From Octopus sinensis (taxonomy: Eukaryota), in NCBI RefSeq assembly GCF_006345805.1, contig NW_021832220.1:1-64000 (forward strand): a DNA stretch of 64,000 bases. Reading direction: 5' to 3'. Position numbers and translations under genes: made by a program. Of the stretch, positions 41,657-51,759 are shown piece after piece; positions within the stretch are counted from its first letter, which is position 1, and each line of letters opens with the position of its first letter. Under the pieces are notes generated by a model. That model had not been told where the DNA came from. It saw only the letters and a program-made list of their open reading frames with translations, and did not search any database.

Positions 41657-42005
41657 TTGAAACAACGGCACTGTGTTTTCTGGAAGACCGAATACTACTC
41701 CTTCCGATCTTCCTGGCAGGAGATGTGATGTCTGGACTTTCCCAATGGAAGTCGTAGACAGCGTAGGATAAAGTCCTTTTCAAACATTCAGCTGCTGATG
41801 GAGTGTTTGACTTCCTCCTTTCGGAAGAATCTCCACTGTTGACCTTCGGCACGCTGGAACCATCACCTTCGAACTCTCTTTGTAATTCTTTTTCGAATTC
41901 TTCGAAATGTCTAAGTTTGAAATCGTTGAATTTGTGATGTTCAGTAAGTTTTCCAGAATCAAAAAATTTATTAACATTAAGGTTTAAAACAAATAGGATG
42001 GACAC
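41657..42005 (-). CDS. TICRR: Treslin (TopBP1-interacting checkpoint and replication regulator), N-terminal coding exon
   Basis: The translation ..NKFFDS..FKLRHFEEFEKEL..YDFHWESPDITSPAR matches the recalled Treslin N-terminus (KFFDS..FRELGSRSWEDFEEEL..DYQWDRPEITSP). Best donor is TCAA|GTGAGA at 41657/41656. The 5' boundary is uncertain because the ORF-track M is a GTG codon. Confidence 0.8.
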
Positions 42006-42443
42006 ATCAGATAATAAAGAAGACTAGAACGTCCTTGGTACTACCTGCTTTATCAGCACTGACCTCGCTAAACAATTACTAAAGATTAGAAAACCTCTAC
42101 ATGCTCGTCCGAACTGCTAGAAATATCAGTCAAATTCCTCTCATATCACACTCCTCAGCTTTAAAAAAAGGAAGGACACATATTAGATAAAACAATTCTA
42201 GATACTCTACACAAAACAGATGTCGTGGACGGAAAGCTTTTCATCTCAATTAGTGGGTGAGATGCGGTTAAACAACTGGAAATGACGCCCCGCCCACAAT
42301 AACTTTTGTCCAATCAAAAATCGTTTCAGAAAGTCTCCTTCTTGCTCTGCCCCATTGTTAACAATCTTCGTAATCGATTTGTGTATTATCGTGCTTACCA
42401 GAAGGTTTTTGTTTATTATATTTTTATTTGCTTGCAAGCCATT
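42006..42443. promoter_or_regulatory. Putative bidirectional promoter / 5' UTRs of TICRR and TTC36
   Basis: About 440 bp between divergent first coding exons. Contains a GC box CCCCGCCC (42288-42295), CCAAT (42310-42314) and a TGACG half-site (42283-42287). Confidence 0.65.
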
Positions 42444-42570
42444 ATGCATGAAGAGAAAAGCGACCGTGTAGCAATCAGCGACTATGACACGGCAGTGCTT
42501 AATAGAGTTTTCAATCCTGAAAATCCGCACAACACTACCGAAGATATTGAAATAATTAACTCGAATGAAG
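42444..42570 (+). CDS. TTC36: TTC36 exon 1
   Basis: ATG at 42444. MHEEK..DTAVLNRVFNPENP matches the TTC36 N-terminal motif (DQAVLQAIFNPDTP). Donor GAAG|GTAACC is phase 1. Confidence 0.85.
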
Positions 42571-42810
42571 GTAACCTCCAAATAACTTTTCTGAAAGCGT
42601 TTCTTTTGTTTACTATTCTACATATTCACGTAAATACATACATGTTGATGGAAATCAATTCAGTGTCGATGGAAGCCCATTCTTTGAGCCGCTAAGATGA
42701 GGTTTTTATTTTTCGCTTAGCTCATGATATACAGCTTTTACGACAACTATTTACATTTGTGTCTCTTTATTACTAAAATCATGACTATTGGTATTGTGAA
42801 AAGAAGAGTC

Positions 42811-43405
42811 GGTAAAATTACAGATTAACACCCGCACGATTTTCACTAAGAAAAAAAAAAAAAAAACTCGGATTTTTTGCGTGGGATCAAGTACCCTGAC
42901 CTCCTAATATGCTGCAAATCCCATATTTTGGTCCGGAATTGCTCCGGAAAGGGGGGGTAACCCCCTCCCCCGGAATTTTCACAAGGAAAAAAAAATAACA
43001 TATCAATAATTTAGAAAAGAAACATTTCTAGAAAATAGTAAATTGAAGTGTGAACAAATCATTGGGCAAAAGAAGATTTGGCATACTGTCATGCTTTTAG
43101 CTGTCAGAAGTGAAAGTCGTCAACTTCGTGTATTTGCGTGAGGTTCGCTGTCAGGCTTATAAAACAATAGAAGTTCAGTTCAAAGTTTATAAATAAATAC
43201 ATTTCATTCCATGTTCTGTTTAAACTTTATAAATAAATATATTCTTGCAGTGTGTTTATATGTGGCTATATGTCTGACTAATGTGTGTGTCTGTATTTAT
43301 TGTATGTGTGTATAAGTAGTTATATGCTTATATTATCCATTATAGTAATATTTGTCTGTTGAAACCTGTTTTAAGGCGGTCAATAGTTTAATTAAAGATG
43401 TATCT

Positions 43406-43437
<32 letters not shown>

Positions 43438-43506
43438 AGTATATATATATATATATATATATACAGGTGTATATATACAGGTGTATATATACATGTGTAT
43501 ATATAT

Positions 43507-43542
<36 letters not shown>

Positions 43543-43601
43543 CAGGTGTATATATACATGTGTATACATATATATATATACAGGTGTATATATACATGTG
43601 T

Positions 43602-43657
<56 letters not shown>

Positions 43658-44881
43658 ATATACATGTTATACATATATATATATATATAATATATATATA
43701 AATATATATATATACACATGTCTATATATATACACATGTATATATATATATATATATATAAATATATATATACACATGTATATATATATACATGTATAGA
43801 CACATCTTTAATTAAACTATTGACCGCCTTAAAACGGGTTTCAACAGACAAATATTACTATAATGGATAAAATTCAGACAAACTTACCTCTTGCTGTCAA
43901 AAAAAGTGGATTAATTCTCAGCAAAACATACTGTTATGCTAGACCAGTGGTTTTCAACCAGGGTTCCGCAAGAAGTTGCAAAACTGCTAAAATCGGCAGT
44001 AATTTCTAATTCTCCTGTGCAGATATGCGTGCATAAGACTATTAAATTATTGTACAGGGGTTCCTCGAGCCAGTGGAATGTTTGAATTACGCTGTGTGGT
44101 TTCAGTTTCTAATTTTTGCTTCTGATCTCTCTTTGCCCCCCCCCCTCTCTATCTCAGTTGTTCATTCTGCTGATATTTAGAAAAGTTTTCGCGCCAAGTT
44201 TTGTTGTGGACGGGAAAAGATGAACGATTTAAAATAAATAAACCTTAATTGTAGTGTGAGAAAGTATATATATTCTGATGATAAAATATATTATCTTTCA
44301 AAAACATCCCAAATTTATAGACTATATCGTGTATGTTTAAGAAATGGTTCATGAGACATTGTTCATCTGTCTCCCCACCACACCTCCACCTACACAAAAA
44401 TTAGTTTGAGATAGAGAGGGCGGCACAGAGAGAGATCAGAAGCAAAAATTAGAACCTGACACTATCACAGAGCGTAATTCAAACATTCCACTGGCTCGAG
44501 GAACCCCTGTGCAATAATTTAATAGTCTTATGCACGCATATCTGCACAGGAGAATTAAAAATTACTGCCGATTTTAGCAGTTTTGCAACTTCTTGCGGAA
44601 CCCTGGTTGAAAACCACTGGTCTAGCATAACAGTATGTTTTGCTGAGAATTAATCCACTTTTTTTGACAGCAAGAGGTAAGTTTGTCTGAATTTTATCCA
44701 TTACACTATCCATTATAGTAATATTTGTCTGTTGAAACCCGTTTTAAGGCGGTCAATAGTTTAATTAAAGATGTGTCTATACATGTATATATATATACAT
44801 GTGTATATATATATATATTGTATATATATATACATGTGTATATATATATATTTATATATATATATTTATATATACATGTGT

Positions 44882-44940
<59 letters not shown>

Positions 44941-44946
44941 ATACAC

Positions 44947-44993
<47 letters not shown>

Positions 44994-46118
44994 GTATAGA
45001 TACATCTTTAATTAACTATTGACCGCCTTAAAACAGGTTTCAACAGACAAATATTACTATAATGGATAATATAAGCATATAACTACTTATACACACATAC
45101 AATAAATACAGACACACACATTAGTCAGACATATAGCCACATATAAACACACTGCAAGAATATATTTATTATAAAGTTTAAACAGAACATGGAATGAAAT
45201 GTATTTATTTATAAACTTTGAACTGAACTTCAATTGTTTTATAAGCCTGACAGCGAACCTCACGCAAATACACGAAGTTGACGACTTTCACTTCTGACAG
45301 CTAAAAGCATGACAGTATGCCAAATCTTCTTTTGCCCAATGATTTGTTCACACTTCAATTTTGCCCAATAATTTGTTGACACTTCAATTTACTATTTTCT
45401 AGAAATGTTTCTTTTCTAAATTATTGATATGTTATTTTTTTTCCTTGTGAAAATTCCGGGGGAGGGGGTTACCCCCCCTTTCCGGAGCAATTCCGGACCA
45501 AAATATGGGATTTGCAGCATATTAGGTCAAGTTACTTGATTCCACGCAAAAATCTGATTGTTTTTTTCCTTGTGAAAATTCGGGGGGGGGTAACCCCCCC
45601 CCCCCTTTCCGGACCAAAATATGGGATTTGCAGCATATTAGGTCAAGTTACTTGATTCCACGCAAAAATCTGATTGTTTTTTTCCTTGTGAAAATTCGGG
45701 GGGGGGGGGGGGGGGGGGTAACCCCCCCCCCCCCCTTTCCGGACCAAAATATGGGATTTGCAGCATATTAGGTCAAGTTACTTGATTCCACGCAAAAATC
45801 TGATTGTTTTTTTCCTTGTGAAAATTCGGGGGGGGGGGGTAACCCCCCCCTTTCCGGACCAAAATATGGGATTTGCAGCATATTAGGAGGTCAGGGTACT
45901 TGATTCCACGCAAGAAATCTGAGGTTTTTTTCTTCTTCCTTGTGAAAATTCCGGGGGGAGGGTGTTACCCCCCCCCTTTCCGGAGCAATTCCGGACCAAA
46001 ATATGGGATTTGCAGCATATTAGGAGGTCAGGGTACTTGATCCCACGCAAAAAATCCGAGTTTTTTTGTTTTTTTTTTCTTAGTGAAAATCGTGCGGGTG
46101 TTAATCTGTAATTTTACC
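42811..46118. mobile_element. Non-autonomous Merlin-like fold-back element, complete copy (E2), in TTC36 intron 1
   Basis: TIR GGTAAAATTACAGATTAACACCCGCACG at both ends and an 8-bp TSD GAAGAGTC (42803-42810, 46119-46126). GG termini with an 8-bp TSD fit Merlin/IS1016. Confidence 0.85.
43945..44619. mobile_element. hAT-type MITE (copy 3, centre of E2)
   Basis: Same termini, with a few substitutions and indels relative to copy 1. Confidence 0.75.
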
Positions 46119-46999
46119 GAAGAGTCTTTTCAAACCATCAATATACAAATACAAATTCAAGCATGCATACACCACGCATACGAGCAACTAAAGTAGCTTC
46201 TGCGTAGTTAGCTAGCCTGCTAGAAATAGCAGTCAAATCACCGGTTAAACTAAAGCGTTAAACCCGGTCAAAAAAACAAAAAAAATGTGTGTAATAGGTG
46301 TAAAATAACTTCCTATGAATGAATATGAAAAAAAAATGCCCGCACGCGAAAGGGGGGTGGGGAGAGGCCTCGGAAAATTCACATCGGGAATTTCCGAAAG
46401 CGTCTGAGGGGCTGACCCGGGCACCAAAACAAAAAAAAATAGTGTAATATGTGTAAAACAACTTGCTCTAAACGAATATGACAAAAAAAATGCGCACTCG
46501 CGAAAGGGGGTGGGGGAGAGGCCTCGGAAAATTTATATCGGGAATTTCCGAAAGCGTCTGACCCGGGCACAAAAACAGCGTAATAGGTGTAAAACAACTT
46601 GCTCTAAACGAATATGATGAAAAAAATGCGCGCTCGCGAAAGGGGGGTGGGGGAGAGGCTTCGGAAATTTCACATCTTCAGTCCACGGCCTTTAAACTAA
46701 GAAAAAATAGTGTAATTGGTGTAAAATTACTTGTTCTAAACGAGTATCAAGAACACACACTCACACATGAATCATAAACTCCGTATTTTTGTACATATTT
46801 CGCAAAAAAAAAAAATAAATAAAGAGAAGAAATTCTGGAAAAAGTGAAGAAATGTTGGATCTCCGCCATGTGAATCAAAATACGTGTCAGAAACTTCTTG
46901 AAATACTACAGAAATTATGTTACGAAAATGATAATGTATACATACCTCTTTGAGTGGTCCATCGACAGTGATGATAAAGAAACGAGATGGGAGGTATTG

Positions 47000-47511
47000 T
47001 TTTAAGTAACAGGCACGAATGCCTGGGCGAACAACCGATCTCTTAACTGACCCCCACAATCTCTCTATCGTCTGTGTGTGCACCGACGTGTTTGTCGGAT
47101 CAACAAAGTTTTCACTGTGGTTGATGCGGAAGTGGGTATACCCGAGATTTCCAAGAGAGTTATACGCAGCCCAAGAATCGCTATATACTACCGACCCTTG
47201 GCGTATATATCGGGTAATTAAGGGGATCAGTGTGGCGGCATCTCGCCTTTCCTCTTCACCACACTCAGATGAAAGAGGTATCAAAACTTTTTTTTTTTGC
47301 CTATTCGCTCTATCCCACCGAAAAGCCAGATAGTTTTTGTGAGTCTTCCATGATTGTATTTTCTCCTTACAATAACTGTTTCATCAATCTCTACTTCAAC
47401 TCCTGGTCCACCGATTTGGTCCTGGTAATTCTCTACCCAATGCTGACAAACCTCGGAGCAGAAGGATCGCCAATCAATTGAGGTCGGATACGAAATGTTC
47501 AAATTTTCCAC
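47000..47511 (-). pseudogene. Merlin/ISXO2-type DDE transposase fragment
   Basis: IGGPGVEVEIDETVIVRRKYNHGR..WLFGGIER / LIPLITRYIRQGSVVYSDSWAAY..INHSENFVDP..HTQTIERLWGSVK. One frameshift at a T run near 47285-47298. The N-terminus is absent. Confidence 0.88.
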
Positions 47512-48041
47512 GACTAATGCATTAGTCGTGGAAAATTTAGGTTAAACTAAAGCGTTACGCCATAAAAAAAAAAGAGAAGAAATTCTGGAAAAAGTGAAGA
47601 AATGTTGGATCTCCGCCATGTGAATCAAAATACGTGTCAGAAACATCTTGAAATACTACAGAAATTATGTTACGAAAATGATAATGTATACGTATCTCTT
47701 TGAGTGGTCCATCGACAGTGATGATAAAGAAATGAGATGGGTTGCGTTTGGAGGAAAAAATTATCTCGGGCCAGGATAAAGACTTGCTGCTGCCAATAAG
47801 AATACGTGTATTCTCTTGGCAGCAGGTTTGATGCTTTCCATAAAGAGGAACTTGGCGAGGTATTGCTTTAAGTAACAGGCACGAATGCCTGGGCGAACAA
47901 CCGATCTCTTAACTGACCCTCACAATCTGTCTATCGTCTGTGTGTGCACCGACGCGTTTGTAGGATCAACAAAATACAGAGTTTATGATTCATGTGTGAG
48001 TGTGTGTTCTTCATAATCGTTTAGAACAAGTAGTTTTACAC

Positions 48042-49323
48042 TGTAGCAATATTGTTTTCTTCAGTGCTATCTTCACTGTTTGAGAAAAATATTAAGAATG
48101 ATCTTGTTTGAGATTACAAACATCTTTGGCTAGTTTAACGTTGTTGTGTCCACTATTTTGATTGGTTAGCATCTAAGCACGGTCTGTCTCTCTACTTACT
48201 TCGCGCCAGTGTGTAAACTGACCAATCACGGCTTTCGGATAGGACTTTTCATTTGAGCCATCTTAACTCTTTAAATAGGCTGATCATTTCACGATTCATG
48301 TCTTTTGGCTTGAGACCTTTTACGGTCTTGGTCGGAAACCACACAGAGCTTACTCAACCATGTTCCGGTTCGAAAGGCAGATGACAACCAAGCGAAACAT
48401 AATATGAAGACGCTATTGTAAACCAAGCGACAGACATAACGCCATCACCAACATCGTTTGCATCTCCGAAGATTTCAACTTGTACACAAGATAACTACAG
48501 ATTCAACTCATGCTGTTAGTGTGAATATCTCACCACGGAAAAACAGTTGCAGTATATATATCTGAAAGAATATCTATATCAAGAGAAAAATAAGCACAAG
48601 TGACTCAACTAAACCTCTGACCACAGAGCTACTCAACATGTTCCAGTCACAGCGACAGACGATCACCCACGACGACGCTAATGTACACTCACCACAGAAA
48701 GCCTTCTATCTCCGACGCCGTCGTCACCATCATTGTACCAACTTCAAGTCGCCATCACCATCGTCCACTTCAGACATGTACACACCAACTTCACAGAACC
48801 ATGCTGTTAGAGTGAATCCCTTCACCAAGTAGAAACAGTCCATCTGAAGAATTCTATATTAAGAGAACCCGCTCGTCGATTGAGACCACGACCGCGGCTC
48901 GACAATAATTCGCCCAACCGGCCTCCGCCCGAGACACAACATCTTGATATTGAACTCTTACATATCGTGTACCTTATGAACTGTAAACCAATTTCCATCA
49001 TTAACTCTATGCTCTGTACCTACTATGTCACACGCTTTCACCCTTATTGTATCTGTCACACACACGAACACACAGACACAAACACGTTTTGCATGCACAC
49101 ACACACACACACTTGCTAGCACTCACAACCTTCTAACATTAACACCATTGTAAATAAAATCTTCTCTTCTCTCAAACAGTGGAACGTCATGTCGTCAATT
49201 CATCTATATTCTGTTGGCACTGCATTGTATAAATTGTATTTATGGCTTATCTTATTTCGTTAGGAATGCGACCGTGTGACTTACCTACATCATCGACCTC
49301 CACATACGGTCGTATTTCCTACA
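48042..49323. mobile_element. Solo LTR (Gypsy-like) inserted in the Merlin right arm
   Basis: TGTAG...CTACA termini with a 4-bp TSD ACAC (48038-48041, 49324-49327). Removing it restores ttttacac-caattacac, the mirror of the left-arm sequence at ~46710-46725. Confidence 0.75.
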
Positions 49324-49789
49324 ACACCAATTACACTATTTTTGTCCTAGTTTAAAGGCCGTGGACTGAAGATGTGAAATTTCCGAGGCCTCTCCCCTAC
49401 TCCCCTTTCGTGAGTGCGCATTTCTTATGTCATATTCGTTTAGAGCAAGTTGTTTTACACCTATTACAGACATTTTTTTTTGTTTTTTTGACCGGGTTTA
49501 ACGCTTTAGTTTAACCAAATCACCTTTATATCATATCTTGTCCCCTCCCCGCTTATTAATTTTTCAGATTCCCTCGTACTCCCGTCCTCAACTCATTTTC
49601 TCGCAAATTATTATTAGTATTATTTTGCCAAAAACCTACGTTTTGGGGTAAGGAGATTCTGGAAAAAAGGGGTGTTTTTGGGGTGTACAAAAGGAAGTCT
49701 TGCCTTTTTCAGATTTTTTGGCACCCCCTCCTCGCTTATTTAATTTTTAAGATTCCCCTCCCCCTTATTAAATCTTGCTAATCTGTCTC

Positions 49790-51302
49790 CAGTGAAATAT
49801 AATTGTAAGCTTTTCATAGTGATACAACAGCTGGAGAATCTACTAATAATTTTATTTTTCCATAACATCTTGGCAGAGAAAAGAGTATTTTGTGGTGTGG
49901 CATATGGAAATTATTCTATAGAAGAAAAGCAAGCACCTGCTATCATGGTGAACAAATGTAAAGAGGAGTATGATTCTGAATTAGAGTGAATGAAAGGGAA
50001 AACCCATTAGGATGCTAAAAGGAAACGCCATATCCCAACGGATATTTCGCCAAAGCAGTTTGTTTGTTTTACTCCAATTTGGTTGGTGTTAAAAACTCTG
50101 ACTGACTATTTGATTCTGCTGTTAAAGTAGCTAAATGGGAAATATCTGAAAGTGAACTTGACAGCACTGAAAAAAATCCAATGAAACGTTTCAGAGTCAC
50201 TGGAAGAGGTCGTAAAACAAAAGCATCAGGTGTGAGAGACGCCTGAAAGGTTTGTGGATGTTAAAACATCGCTGCAAGATTACCATAAGCTCTTTTCCTA
50301 TTACAGGCTGAGAAATTTTGAGGTGTGAATTTGCCAACACTTAGACACACCAAGTGAGGAAAAGCTGGATGAAAGGTTGGCCATGGGGTATCACTGAAAT
50401 TTCCAAACAAATGCATTTTAATCTCCAAAGAGCAATATGTTTAGTGCATTCATGATTATTTGAAGAAAATATGGAGTGTGTGTCATTATTTCCTTGACAA
50501 ATTTGGTGTAGATCATCCTAATTATCAATGCTATTGCAACAGAATGGAAGTAGCGGAAAAGCTACCCTATCATTCAAAAATTAAAATATGTTTGTCAAAG
50601 AAAATACCTTTAGTCTAGGGAACATATAGTGTTCACCAAGGTTAGCAATGATACCAAAATCAATCTTATCCCAAAGTTTGTATTTAAAGGAACTGGAAAA
50701 AGACCACCACTACTGAATGCTCTGCCTACAATGAAATATCAATGGTCTCCTAAAGCTTTTTTATAAATTCAAACAGCTGCTCTATACTATTGAAAACCTT
50801 CCAAACTGATTCAAAATGTTTTCACATGCAAACTTTGTCATTTATGTGCTTGATGCTGGAGGTGAAAGATGCCCTCTGGAAAAGGGGTTATGTGCTAGTC
50901 ATCATTGGCGGATTTGTTCAAGTTAACAATATGCACTTGAACAAAGAACTGAAACTAAAATATCACAAAATAGAGAAAGTAAAGATGCTAGAAAAGTTAG
51001 TTTAAACGCGAAAGAAAATAACCACGCATAATCGATCCAAGACGATGCAGATGAATTTAAACAAATGCCCAAACCACCCGCTTATTCCAGCACCAACCCC
51101 CATTATTTGGGACCTGAGAGTAAATAGCTGGTTTTAAAAAAATCAAAGGAGACAACGTAGAAAATTTTGAAATTACCACTATACAATTACCGATTTTCCA
51201 AACCCCCCGTTTACTTCAACCCACCCGCTTATAAGAATTTAATCAAATATCCAACCCACCCTGCTTATTCCAACCCCACCTATTATTTGGGGCCTGAGAG
51301 TA
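49790..51302 (+). mobile_element. Possible pogo/Tigger-like fossil
   Basis: Faint KRFRVTGRGRK and IIGGFVQV..LNKELK remnants and two CCTGAGAGTA-type terminal motifs (~51113-51122, ~51293-51302). No matching left end was found. Confidence 0.4.
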
Positions 51303-51759
51303 TGCCAAATATGTAAGCATCTGTTTTTGCTATGTTTTATGCAGCAGGTATCCTTGTGTATTCCCACTACCAGACATTGCACTGTTAAGTGTTCATTCAC
51401 TAAAATTCTAAATATATTTTCTTTTAAGTTCTACATTTAAGAAATGAGGAATTATGTATTAACAACAAACAAGATGAGGACAAATATCTGTCAAATGTAA
51501 ATAATATTTTCTTTTGTCCTCTCAAATGTGGTTTAAAACAGACTATGTATTATACATGCATGCATACATACATACATACATCATTGTGATTAACAAACAG
51601 GTTGGTGGAAAGAAGGTAGTGTCGGGATGTGTCGAATAACTTTTCATAAACAAAGTTGTACTGTCTGAAATAAGAAAACAGTGTAGAAACCTTGTGACAG
51701 TATGGCTTGACTATAGGAAGGCATTTAACTCTATCCTTCATCTGGCAAAAGTACCTACC

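Larger units (their letters stand above)
46243..49516 (-). mobile_element. Merlin (IS1016/ISXO2-like) DNA transposon, internally rearranged
   Basis: TIR GGTTAAACTAAAGCGTTAAACCCGGTC and an 8-bp TSD AAATCACC (46235-46242, 49517-49524). Carries subterminal repeats and transposase remnants. Confidence 0.9.

Noticed and set aside
42024-42120. A-to-I recoding of the upstream TAG to TGG to extend the TICRR frame
   Set aside because: Even with both TAGs edited, the frame reaches a TGA with no ATG, so editing does not supply a start codon.
38860-45070. Regularly recurring repeats with intervening sequence, superficially CRISPR-like
   Set aside because: The context is eukaryotic, the intervening segments are identical or microsatellite rather than unique spacers, and there are no cas genes. 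Nested TIR elements explain the pattern.
38098-46126. E1 left end plus E2 right end as a composite that has already transposed
   Set aside because: The flanks GAATTGAC and GAAGAGTC are not a duplication, and E2 has its own perfect TSD.
46772-47511. IS1595/ISXO2-like transposase as a sign of bacterial contamination or recent HGT
   Set aside because: It lies within eukaryotic Merlin-type TIRs with an 8-bp TSD inside a spliced gene's intron. Merlin is the known eukaryotic relative of IS1016.
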